Shown here piece after piece: positions 31,410 to 40,678 of a DNA stretch of 64,000 nt. Position numbers and translations under genes: made by a program. The stretch's first letter is position 1. Each line of letters starts with the position of its first letter. The notes below the pieces were generated by a model. It made no database searches and was not told the DNA's origin. It saw only the letters and a list, made by a program, of their open reading frames with translations. Source of the DNA: Candidatus Nomurabacteria bacterium (lineage in GTDB: Bacteria > Patescibacteriota > Minisyncoccia > Phycocordibacterales > UBA9973); assembly GCA_023267435.1 (NCBI GenBank), contig JAHFNH010000002.1, positions 88,706 to 152,705 of the forward strand, read 5' to 3'.

Positions 31410-32489
31410 ATGGATACACAAAACATTCTCTGGATTATCATAGGAGTTTTAGGCGGAGGAATACTCGCCTATTTGTTGTTGAATAAAAAAGACCTGTCCG
31501 ACGATGAGGCGGAAAAAAAAGCTCACAATGACGTCGGTCTTCAGCTTATTCTGACTCAACTAAATGAAATCTCCCGAACAGTCGACTCTAAAATTGGTGA
31601 ATCACATAGACAAGTCAATGAGAGTCTTAAATTTCACTCTTCTGAATCAAATAAAATAATCCGTGATGTTACAGAAAGATTAACTAGACTCGATGAGACA
31701 AACAAACAAGTCATTTCTTTTGCTGACCAGCTTCAAAGCTTGCAAGATGTGTTGAAAAATCCAAAACAACGCGGAATACTCGGCGAATATTATCTTGAAA
31801 CAGTTTTAAAAAATGTTCTTCCACCGGGAAGCTACCAAATGCAATACCCTTTTCCAGACGGCACTATCGTGGATGCTGTTGTATTCGTAAAAGATAAAAT
31901 AATTCCTATCGATTCTAAATTCTCATTGGAGAATTATAATAGAATGATCGAGAGTAAAAGTACTGAAGAAAAAGACAGATATGAGAAAATTTTCGTGAAT
32001 GATTTAAAAAACAGAATCGTGGAAACTTCAAAATATATCCAACCTGCTCAAGGTACGACAGACTTCGCTTTTATGTTCATTCCGCACGAAGCTATTTATT
32101 ATGATTTGCTTGTAAATAAAATCGGCGGATTAAAAGATGAAGAAAATGAAAACCTCATCCAACGCGCCGCCGGAAAATACAAAGTTATAATCACTTCACC
32201 CACTTCTTTCCTCGCATATTTGCAGACAGTCCTCCAGGGACTCAAAGCTTTACAAATAGAAGAATCTGCAAAAGAAATAATCAAGAAAGTCGAAGATCTC
32301 GGTAAGCATTTAAAGTCTTATGATGAATATCACACAAAGCTCGGCAATTCCCTTTCGACTGTCATAAACCACTACAACGCTTCAAATAAAGAACTTAAAA
32401 AAATAGATAAAGATGTCTTGCGTATTTCTGGCTCCTCACCAGAACTCTCAGCCCTCGAACTCGAGAAACCTAGAACAGAAGAAGATTAA
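31410..32489 (+). CDS. rmuC: DNA recombination protein RmuC
   Basis: RGILGE, PIDSKFS, SKYI, TTDFAFMFIP, SPTS. Confidence 0.93.
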   Translation: MDTQNILWIIIGVLGGGILAYLLLNKKDLSDDEAEKKAHNDVGLQLILTQLNEISRTVDSKIGESHRQVNESLKFHSSESNKIIRDVTERLTRLDETNKQVISFADQLQSLQDVLKNPKQRGILGEYYLETVLKNVLPPGSYQMQYPFPDGTIVDAVVFVKDKIIPIDSKFSLENYNRMIESKSTEEKDRYEKIFVNDLKNRIVETSKYIQPAQGTTDFAFMFIPHEAIYYDLLVNKIGGLKDEENENLIQRAAGKYKVIITSPTSFLAYLQTVLQGLKALQIEESAKEIIKKVEDLGKHLKSYDEYHTKLGNSLSTVINHYNASNKELKKIDKDVLRISGSSPELSALELEKPRTEED

Positions 32490-32590
32490 AAAATTACTTG
32501 TTTTAATATTGACATACACGCACTATTTTTATATAGTGTAAGTCTTGATTTTTGACAACTAAATAATACTAACCTCTAAAAACAAAACTT

Positions 32591-33136
32591 ATGAAAAACG
32601 GAAATGGAAAAACATGTCTAACGGTTATAACCTATGCCATGAAACACTTTTATTTAAAAAGTGTAAAAACACTAGAAAAAGAATTGGCTGATTTGATATC
32701 AGCTAATAAGTATCCTGACCCAAACATTGTTGAGGCAACAATGGAAAAACTAACTGAAAAACAAAGAATAGCTAGTTCTACTTCTATTGTTCCACATGAT
32801 CAAACAGAAGAAGTTAAACTCGGCAATGCCGTTGAAGTTATATTGACTGGTGGAAAATACAGAACAATATTTATTGATGGAGTTGGTTTTGGAATGGAAG
32901 GAAAAGACTTTTTACCCGAAAACCATACTGTAATTCCTACAAATTCTCCGTTTGGTAAAGCTATCCTTGGAAAAAAAGTAGGCGAAGAAGGAAGTTATAC
33001 TGTTGGAAACCTTACTTTTAAATTTAAAGTGGTGAAAATAATCCCTTATTTAGAAGCAGTAAAAATATTTTTTAGAGACCTTCGACCTAAAGAGGAAGAA
33101 GTAAAAGAAAAATTACAACAAGAAGTGACAGTATAA
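32591..33136 (+). CDS. Divergent GreA/GreB C-terminal domain protein
   Basis: VKLGNAV...SPFGKAILGKKVGE; DLSENAEY tip absent. Confidence 0.75.
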   Translation: MKNGNGKTCLTVITYAMKHFYLKSVKTLEKELADLISANKYPDPNIVEATMEKLTEKQRIASSTSIVPHDQTEEVKLGNAVEVILTGGKYRTIFIDGVGFGMEGKDFLPENHTVIPTNSPFGKAILGKKVGEEGSYTVGNLTFKFKVVKIIPYLEAVKIFFRDLRPKEEEVKEKLQQEVTV

Positions 33137-33235
33137 ATGCTGTTACTTAATCACAAAAACGCGTTTCTAAACAGATACGCGTTTTATTTTTTTCTTTTTT
33201 ATAAAAAAATGTTATATTAAAAAAGTTAGTTACAT

Positions 33236-33310
33236 GGCCTCATCGTCTATCAGTTAGGACACAAGCTTCTCAAGCTTGGAAGCTGGGTGCGATTCCCAGT
33301 GAGGTCACCA
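33236..33310 (+). tRNA. tRNA-Glu(CTC), CCA encoded
   Basis: GGCCTCA/TGAGGTC acceptor, CAAGC-TTCTCAA-GCTTG; T-loop TGCGATT. Confidence 0.92.
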
Positions 33311-33405
33311 TTTAGAGCTAGCACGAGAAGCATAGAAAATTTAAATAAAAAAACTCCCACCTAAATAATATAGGTAAGAGTTTTGTAAAATTTACTTTTT
33401 AAGTA

Positions 33406-34101
33406 TTAATCAATGGCAGCAGAAAAAGATACAAACGATTCATTGTAAAGTAAAGTCTGAGAAATATCCAAGACTCTATGTGTTTTTTTAACTTTAACGA
33501 TAGTAGTAGAACCATCTTTTAGCTTTACGTAAAATAAATTCGCTGTGCCATCTATAAGTAGACCATCATAAGTTTCGTCTTTAACATGAAATTTAGCATG
33601 AAAAAGCATTGACCATAGTACTCGAACAAAATTTTTGAAATCTATTGGTGTTAAACGATTAAGTTCTCCTCTGAGTACACCCGCTAATTTACCTTCAAAA
33701 GCATCCTTAGAAAAATTATCAATTTTTCTAAGCTTAGTTCGACTTTCAAATTCTAATGTTATATTCCTAAAAGGAGTTATAAAATTATCAAAAAACTCCT
33801 CTGTTAAATATAAATCAATTCCGAGTTGCCTAGAACTGAAATCCCCAAACTTATCTGGAAGATCTAATTTAGAAAGATTTAAAATTATTATGTTCCTAAT
33901 ATTCGCATGATTTTTTATCATACTTCCAGTAAAGAATCCTTTATTCACTAAATATTCAACCGCTTCTGTTATTAATTTTTCTTTAATAACTTTACTCGTC
34001 ACATCGTTCGGATTTATGCCCATATTTTTAAGAGCATTTTCATACCCCAAAAGCAATTCATGCCCTTGAGTGTGACTAATTACCTGGCTTACATTTTTCA
34101 T
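33406..34101 (-). CDS. Hypothetical protein
   Basis: 231-aa ORF; C-terminal LLIDGTANLFYV motif. Confidence 0.7.
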   Translation of the reverse strand: MKNVSQVISHTQGHELLLGYENALKNMGINPNDVTSKVIKEKLITEAVEYLVNKGFFTGSMIKNHANIRNIIILNLSKLDLPDKFGDFSSRQLGIDLYLTEEFFDNFITPFRNITLEFESRTKLRKIDNFSKDAFEGKLAGVLRGELNRLTPIDFKNFVRVLWSMLFHAKFHVKDETYDGLLIDGTANLFYVKLKDGSTTIVKVKKTHRVLDISQTLLYNESFVSFSAAID

Positions 34102-34240
34102 TTTGCATACCGTATTAAATTAACAAATTACATTATGTCCTTTTAAGGACATGGCCGATATCGTGGAATCGGTTACCTTTACCATTTATTTTACACTACA
34201 ACTTACTTTCTAATTTAGCAAGAAAAAATTCTAAATACCT

Positions 34241-34291
34241 TTATATTACTTATAATAAGGTTCCAATTCCGTCCCGTTTGGCTCACAAAAA
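34241..34291 (+). repeat. 51-bp direct repeat, copy 1
   Basis: Exact core gttccaattccgtcccgtttgg (34260-34281); 44/51 identical to 34952-35002. Confidence 0.85.
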
Positions 34292-34373
34292 GATACTTAT
34301 ACGAAAAGTATCAATACCTATCTTTCAATAAAAAAACGCACCATTTAAGATGCGCTCTAATAATTTTATTTAT

Positions 34374-34826
34374 TTAAAACCAATCACCAATTTTACCCTT
34401 AACTCCGAGAGGAGCTTTGTCATCATAAAAATGAACAAAATAATCCTCTACCTTAAGATTAAAATCTTTCCATTTAATCAGAAAGTTTGGATATTCTTTA
34501 CTGTATCGAGAATCTTTAGAAAAAAAATCAATCGGGTATATTTTTGATTCTCCTTTCTTAAGGACATCTCCTTCAGCAATACCACCTGTATGCCACATCT
34601 GTGTTTTCATGTATGGTTCATAATAATAACCACTTTTTGTGCCAACAATAACTTTCTCACATAATAAATTGGTAATTCCCCAGTATTTCTTACCATCTTT
34701 TTGTAAAACACAAATTTTTATACTATCGTTATTTATTTTTTTAATTGCGTAAGTGGTGTAAGTTTTTTGACCAAATACAAGCATACAGGACAACATATAA
34801 GTTGTCAGAATAATTAGTGTTTTCAT
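34374..34826 (-). CDS. Secreted hypothetical protein
   Basis: MKTLIILTTYMLSCMLVFGQ signal peptide; own promoter and terminator. Confidence 0.75.
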   Translation of the reverse strand: MKTLIILTTYMLSCMLVFGQKTYTTYAIKKINNDSIKICVLQKDGKKYWGITNLLCEKVIVGTKSGYYYEPYMKTQMWHTGGIAEGDVLKKGESKIYPIDFFSKDSRYSKEYPNFLIKWKDFNLKVEDYFVHFYDDKAPLGVKGKIGDWF

Positions 34827-34951
34827 TTTATTTAAGGTTTTTAAAGAAGTTAATACTTATTTCTATCTAAATTCAGATTACCATATAAATCATTGACTTG
34901 TCAATTATTACGTGGGTACAACTCAATGTGTAAGTACAACACCGAAATTAC

Positions 34952-35002
34952 TTATATTTCTTACTATAAAGTTCCAATTCCGTCCCGTTTGGGACACAGA
35001 AA
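34952..35002 (+). repeat. 51-bp direct repeat, copy 2
   Basis: Core 34971-34992; includes GTCCC-GTTT-GGGAC hairpin followed by ACA. Confidence 0.85.
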
Positions 35003-35056
35003 ATAAAAAAGACCTAACAAATGTGTTAGGTCTTTTGAGTGCAATTCATACATGGA

Positions 35057-35554
35057 TCACACTCTGTAATTTTTATTAAAATCATTAATCACAAAGGAAA
35101 GAAGATCAAATCGCTGTTCCCATCTGATATTAACTTTCTCTGTGCTGTATGATTTAAACTGAGCATTAATATCTCCAACCTCATAACCTGAAGAAATAAT
35201 ACATTCAGTTTTTAATTCCATAGTCCATATATATTTTTCATATCCTTTTTCAATGTATTCATCGGGCTTACTCGAACGGGAGCAAGTCATTCGAACATTT
35301 ACACATTGATCGTGTTTTTGAAAACAAAAAATTAAAATACTATGGAACATGTTTATTGTTAATTCAATGTGCCCGGCAATAGGTTTACCATCTTTTCTTG
35401 AAATGGAAAAATCCACTTCCTTTATTATTGTTCCATTACGATCTGTGATTTCTTCTTTTCCAATGGCATGTTTTAAGTATGCTTTATACATTTTTTCGAG
35501 ATTCTTAGGATCAAAACCAATCTTTGGTTCAGTTTCCTTTTTAAATGTTTCCAT
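35057..35554 (-). CDS. Hypothetical protein (orphan)
   Basis: 165-aa ORF; terminator aaaagacctaaca/tgttaggtctttt near 35007-35036. Confidence 0.7.
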   Translation of the reverse strand: METFKKETEPKIGFDPKNLEKMYKAYLKHAIGKEEITDRNGTIIKEVDFSISRKDGKPIAGHIELTINMFHSILIFCFQKHDQCVNVRMTCSRSSKPDEYIEKGYEKYIWTMELKTECIISSGYEVGDINAQFKSYSTEKVNIRWEQRFDLLSFVINDFNKNYRV

Positions 35555-35705
35555 TCTTATTAGTTATTAAGTTGTTAGTATTATTAGTTAATACGCCAAA
35601 ATGTTTGTAAAAGTGCGTTTAACTACAGACTACAACCTTTGTTATTTTTTGTCAAATCAAAAAAATCACCTGTTTCAACAAGTGATTTTTAAAAAAGATT
35701 TATTT

Positions 35706-36149
35706 TTACAGATGCTTTTCAAAAATATTTTTGAAAATATCGTGACGAGAAACAATGCCTACGATTTTACCATTTTCAACTACTGGTATTCTATTGATAC
35801 CGCGAGAAAGCATAATGGAACCAATCTTCATAACCGGCATATCCGGATCAGCAAAAATCACAACTTTAGTCATAAATTTTTCAATATGATGATCTTTAAT
35901 TTCTTCGATTTTTTTCTCCCTTTCTTCAAAATCTGTATAAGCTTCGGGGTTAGTATAGAAACTGCTATAAAACGGATACAAGACTCGGAAAAGATCTTTT
36001 TCGGAAAGCACACCGACAAGGTTGCCTGCATCGTCAACTACCGGTGCACCAGAAATATTTTTCTCACGGAGAATTTTTGCCGCATCATGATACGAGGTGT
36101 CTTTGTGAATCGTGACTAATAAGGTTGTCATCACGTCTTTGACTTTCAT
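35706..36149 (-). CDS. CBS domain pair protein
   Basis: VKDVMT, ISGAPVVD, GINRIPVVENGKIVGIVSRHD. Confidence 0.92.
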   Translation of the reverse strand: MKVKDVMTTLLVTIHKDTSYHDAAKILREKNISGAPVVDDAGNLVGVLSEKDLFRVLYPFYSSFYTNPEAYTDFEEREKKIEEIKDHHIEKFMTKVVIFADPDMPVMKIGSIMLSRGINRIPVVENGKIVGIVSRHDIFKNIFEKHL

Positions 36150-36232
36150 ACTTTAATGATACCACGCCGATAAAATATCTCAACAAGCAAATTATCAATA
36201 TGCAACATAAAAAACAAAAATACCAGTGACTC

Positions 36233-36853
36233 TCATTTGAGAGACACTGGTATTAATTCAGCTGCTATTTTTTTGTCGGGACAGCTGGAAAGCTTCGCTA
36301 ATTCTTTTAATTGCTTGGCACAGGTTTGATACAGAACAAGAGTTTCTTTGGTCATCGGCTCAGGTCTGTCATTGTTATGAAAACCAATTATAGTGCCAGC
36401 CAATACGCACAGTTCTTCGAAAGTCATCTCTTGAACATTTTTTTTACAAGTTATGTTCATTCGCAATGCGCCTTTCTCTATGGTCAAGCTGTCGAATGGC
36501 ACTATAATGTAATGTATGGAAATATTTGAAAAGATATTTTCTATATCCTTATCAAACTTTTTCCATAACAATGTCTGCGCTTCAGTAGAATCGCCATAAG
36601 TGTGGCTATTCATAACAAGGCAGAATTCAAGCAGATTCGAAGCATTTTGAGCGGCAGTAAGGTAAGTGCTGGTAACAGTGGGTAATGCTACATCAAATGG
36701 ATCGATTTTACCCTTTTGTGCTTTTGTTTCGTAAGCTTCTTTAGCCTGCAACATTTCCTGGTAACTTGCATCAAATTTTTTCGACACGCAGTCGTTTTGA
36801 GCATGTGCCAGCGGTCCTAAAAGAACCACGAGAATTAGAATTATTTTTTTCAT
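36233..36853 (-). CDS. Secreted hypothetical protein
   Basis: MKKIILILVVLLGPLAHA-Q signal peptide. Confidence 0.75.
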   Translation of the reverse strand: MKKIILILVVLLGPLAHAQNDCVSKKFDASYQEMLQAKEAYETKAQKGKIDPFDVALPTVTSTYLTAAQNASNLLEFCLVMNSHTYGDSTEAQTLLWKKFDKDIENIFSNISIHYIIVPFDSLTIEKGALRMNITCKKNVQEMTFEELCVLAGTIIGFHNNDRPEPMTKETLVLYQTCAKQLKELAKLSSCPDKKIAAELIPVSLK

Positions 36854-36990
36854 TTATGAAAGTCCCTCCGCGGACTGTTTTTAAAAAACTATTTATAGAC
36901 TTTTTCTATTTTGATTTTAACATACCAAATATATTTGTCAAACTTTACGTAAACAATGCTCAAAATTTATTTATCTGCTAATATAAAAGA

Positions 36991-37557
36991 GTGAAAATAA
37001 CATCCATGAAATTCGTAAGAGGAATCGTGAGTGACGATCCGATCTTGGGCAACAATATCCCCCAGATCGCCTTTATTGGGCGCTCCAATGTCGGTAAATC
37101 AACTCTTATCAATACTTTGACCAATAGTAAAATAGTTCGCACAAGTTCCTTTCCGGGCAGAACTCAAGAGATAAATCTTTTCCTTGTGAACAACTCGCAT
37201 TACTTTGTCGATCTTCCAGGATATGGCTTTGCTCGCGCTTCTGGTGCTGGCCGTGAAAAAATCAGTAGTTTGATAGAGTCTTATTTGTTTAATTCCCTTT
37301 ACGAACAAAAGAAAATAATATTTATTATTGATGCAAGTGTCGGGATGACAGATGGAGACAAAGCAATGCTCCGAGATCTAGAAGACAATCACAAGGATTT
37401 TATTATTGTTACCAATAAAGTAGACAGAATGAATCAATCTGAATATCACAAAAAAATAACTGAAATAAAAAATACAGTGGGTGCGCACACCATCATCCCA
37501 TTTTCATCAACAAAAAAAATAGGAGTCAAACCGCTTTTGAGCGAGATTTTTAATTAA
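36991..37557 (+). CDS. engB: Ribosome biogenesis GTPase YihA/YsxC
   Basis: GRSNVGKS, PGRT, DLPGYG, NKVD. Confidence 0.95.
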   Translation: MKITSMKFVRGIVSDDPILGNNIPQIAFIGRSNVGKSTLINTLTNSKIVRTSSFPGRTQEINLFLVNNSHYFVDLPGYGFARASGAGREKISSLIESYLFNSLYEQKKIIFIIDASVGMTDGDKAMLRDLEDNHKDFIIVTNKVDRMNQSEYHKKITEIKNTVGAHTIIPFSSTKKIGVKPLLSEIFN

Positions 37558-37562
37558 ATAAA

Positions 37563-39107
37563 CTAATTTGTTACAACTAATTGATTGGGAGAAGAAACCG
37601 CCAGGTCAAAATCTATCATATATAATCGTGGTACGCGTTTAAAATCAACATTCTCTTTTTCATCCCTAAAGAAACGAAGACAAAAATTGCGTTCATGAGA
37701 ATGGCCGTGTTTTATTTTTAACTTATTTAAAACTTTGATTATTTTATCTTTTTGTTCTCGCAATTCATCCACAAAAATTTCAGTTTTATCCGCCCAATCC
37801 GATAAATTTAAATCTAAAACACCACTATAGACATCGACCAAACCTTCCTTATTTAATTTATAAGATTGTATTGGTTCTATAGGCACATAATCAAAACTAG
37901 CTTCTTTCCATTCAGCGTAATCTTCATAAAGCTTCTGCCAAGTCATAAATGCTTCCGGTTTTATATGTCGTATTATTGTTTTATCTTTTAATTCACCACC
38001 AATCAATGTGAGACCAGAACCAGTTTTTTCAAATTCTTGTCTTGAGAAAGTTTTTTCATCAATTTTTTTATTGTCATATAAGGGTGATTTGATTAGTTCT
38101 TCACCTAACCCTTTTTCTATCAGCAAATTTATTAATTCTTTTTTATTTTCTTCCGGTACTGCCCAAAGCATTTTTACATATGCTTTTTGTATATCGACAT
38201 TGTGATTTTCAATACCCCTTTTTACTTTTTCTAATATTTTTATTTTTAAATTAACCGCATCTTCGTCAGGCACTGATCTCAGTATACCTACAGCTGCGTT
38301 TTGTATTTCAATATTTGGATTTTCCAGACACAAATTAATCAAATAACCTCTTTCTTTATATAATGCATTTTCGATCATTCTCACAGAGATCTTTTGTATT
38401 TCAATACTTGGATTTTCTAATCCCAGTTTAATCAAAGATGTTCTTTCTTCTTCGGGTACCAATCCCATTATTGATGCAGCTGCTTTTTGTATTTCAAAAT
38501 TTTGATTTTCAAGGCATTGTTTAACAAAAACAGATCTGCCTTTATATGGTAAATCTCCAATCATGCCTATATATGCCTTCTGTATTTCAACATTCGGATT
38601 TTCAAGACCCTCTTTTACTTTTTCTACAAGATCTTTTTTAAAAGAATCTTTTTCTTCATCTGACAACAACCAAAACATTCCGGTAGATATCTTTTGTATT
38701 TCAACATTTTTATTTTCAACCCCCAGCTTGATTAGAGATGCCTTATCTTCTTCTGGTGCAAATTCAATCATTTTTACGGAAGTCTTTTGTATATCAATAT
38801 TTGAGTTTTCAAGACCGAGCTTGATTAAAGATGTTCTTTCTTTTTCTGGTGCAGATGTAACCATTTCTGCAAATTCCCTTTGCACTTCAGTTATATGATT
38901 TAAATTTTGCTTCGGGGAAAATTTTTTTTCTTTTAAAGGCGGAGCATTTTCTATTTGTTCTCTAATGAGATTATCTTGATTTTTATCTTTTATATATCTT
39001 TTAAAACTATGTTCTGTTATTGAGTTTTGACCAGAAATCTCATACATTTTCAAGTATTCTGGCGTTATAGATTCTAGTTTTTTGATCTCTAAATTTGATT
39101 TTTCCAT
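37563..39107 (-). CDS. HEAT-like repeat protein with C-terminal kinase-like domain
   Basis: ~7 repeats of ENxNxEIQK...LIKLGL; HGHSHERNF and YMIDFD. Confidence 0.7.
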   Translation of the reverse strand: MEKSNLEIKKLESITPEYLKMYEISGQNSITEHSFKRYIKDKNQDNLIREQIENAPPLKEKKFSPKQNLNHITEVQREFAEMVTSAPEKERTSLIKLGLENSNIDIQKTSVKMIEFAPEEDKASLIKLGVENKNVEIQKISTGMFWLLSDEEKDSFKKDLVEKVKEGLENPNVEIQKAYIGMIGDLPYKGRSVFVKQCLENQNFEIQKAAASIMGLVPEEERTSLIKLGLENPSIEIQKISVRMIENALYKERGYLINLCLENPNIEIQNAAVGILRSVPDEDAVNLKIKILEKVKRGIENHNVDIQKAYVKMLWAVPEENKKELINLLIEKGLGEELIKSPLYDNKKIDEKTFSRQEFEKTGSGLTLIGGELKDKTIIRHIKPEAFMTWQKLYEDYAEWKEASFDYVPIEPIQSYKLNKEGLVDVYSGVLDLNLSDWADKTEIFVDELREQKDKIIKVLNKLKIKHGHSHERNFCLRFFRDEKENVDFKRVPRLYMIDFDLAVSSPNQLVVTN

Positions 39108-39116
39108 TAAAAATTA

Positions 39117-39851
39117 TTAAGAGACAAATAATACTGCGCGGATTTCGTTTACTTTTTTCATAAATTCCATTTCATGATCCCTGCGCGGATGAGCTATGGA
39201 TATAGGTATTTCTTTCAATATTTTTCCGCCAGCGACTACTATCACCCTATCTGCCAATGAGACAGCTTCTTCTACCTGGTGAGTCACCATAAGAACAGTG
39301 ATATTCATTTCTTTACATATTTGAATCAGATCATCATGAAGTTCGGCTGATGTCTTTTCATCAAGAGAAGAAAACGGTTCATCTAAAAGAAGTAATTCTG
39401 GTTTTACAGCTAATGCGCGCGCAATACCCACACGCTGACGCTGTCCGCCTGATAAATTTCTAGGATACTTATCAGCAAAATCTTTCAACTTCATCATTGT
39501 TAAATATTTATCAACTTCTTCTTTTATTCTTTCACCTGAAAGTCCTGACGCTTCCAGTGCAATAGCAATATTGTCAGACACTGTCCTCCATGGCAAAAGC
39601 GCTCCATTTTGAAAAACCATAGAAAAATTGCAATCACACGAAACAGAACCAGCTGATTTATTTTCAATACCAGCAGCTATTTTAAGTATTGTTGATTTGC
39701 TGGAACCAGAAGGTCCGACGATGCAGACAAATTCATTTTTAGAAATTGAAAATGTGACATCACAAAGCTGAGCGACAGAATCATTGTCATAAGTTTTGAA
39801 AATCTTTTTGAATTCCAGTATTTTTTTATTCGAATCTAAATTTTTGTGCAT
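39117..39851 (-). CDS. NitT/TauT-type ABC transporter ATP-binding protein
   Basis: GPSGSSKST, LLPWRTV, LSGGQ, LLLLDEPF. Confidence 0.92.
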   Translation of the reverse strand: MHKNLDSNKKILEFKKIFKTYDNDSVAQLCDVTFSISKNEFVCIVGPSGSSKSTILKIAAGIENKSAGSVSCDCNFSMVFQNGALLPWRTVSDNIAIALEASGLSGERIKEEVDKYLTMMKLKDFADKYPRNLSGGQRQRVGIARALAVKPELLLLDEPFSSLDEKTSAELHDDLIQICKEMNITVLMVTHQVEEAVSLADRVIVVAGGKILKEIPISIAHPRRDHEMEFMKKVNEIRAVLFVS

Positions 39852-40650
39852 AATTAAGCAAATTTTGCCATATAAAAATATTAATAATAGCTATAAAAAT
39901 AATCATAACGGTAACAGCAGCAAGAAATATATATGTATTGCCGTCAGTGATTGCTTTTACAAGTTCACTACCTATACCCGGAAGATCTCTGACTGTCGAA
40001 CCGACTGGTAAATAAGTATGCAGAACTTCAGCCACAATGGCTATGTTCCAACTTTGAGACCAAGCTAAAATAGATGCAGTCACGAGCTGTGGCGTAATGG
40101 CAGGAATAATAATGTGCCGTATATATTGATATTTTGAAAAATTAAAAACTTTTGACATAGATAATATTTCTCTCGGAATAATTTTTAAACCTCCAATGAG
40201 AGAGAACGTCATCATCCAAAGCATCGTAAAGAAAAATACGACAATAGCTGCGAGATTAAATAAACCAAATTGCACAAAAAGAAAAACCAAAATCGGGAAA
40301 AATGCCAAAATTGGAACAGATTGCAAAATATCTATTATCGGAAGTAAAACTTTTTCCGTGCGTGGACTTCGAACAGTAAAAATGGCTAGAGTGACTGAAA
40401 AAATAACAGCAAAAATGTAAGCAATAATAATACGTCCAAATGTCTGCACTGCTGCTGCTAAAATGCCGAGCATTGGTATTTCGCGTGCTTCCTCTTTGAA
40501 TTCATGACCGCCTCCAGTGAGAGCCACCACGACAGCGAAAAAAGCAATAAGAACAGTCGGTATTAATATCGATAAATATAAAAGCTTGCCCGTCGGCAAA
40601 GAATATAATCCCCTTATGCTTTCACCTAATTTTTTAATCTTTTGATACAT
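39826..40650 (-). CDS. NitT/TauT-type ABC transporter permease
   Basis: DILQSVPILAFFP, WNIAIVAE, GIG. Confidence 0.88.
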   Translation of the reverse strand: MYQKIKKLGESIRGLYSLPTGKLLYLSILIPTVLIAFFAVVVALTGGGHEFKEEAREIPMLGILAAAVQTFGRIIIAYIFAVIFSVTLAIFTVRSPRTEKVLLPIIDILQSVPILAFFPILVFLFVQFGLFNLAAIVVFFFTMLWMMTFSLIGGLKIIPREILSMSKVFNFSKYQYIRHIIIPAITPQLVTASILAWSQSWNIAIVAEVLHTYLPVGSTVRDLPGIGSELVKAITDGNTYIFLAAVTVMIIFIAIINIFIWQNLLNYAQKFRFE

Positions 40651-40678
40651 GACTTTTCCAACAAAGTAATTACACTAA

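Noticed and set aside
33311-33350. TTTAGAGCTAG after tRNA-Glu resembles the Cas9 repeat/sgRNA start
   Set aside because: Single short match; no array, anti-repeat or cas gene
34241-35002. CRISPR array or integron attC reading of the 51-bp repeat
   Set aside because: Only two copies 711 bp apart; no RYYYAAC/GTTRRRY boundaries
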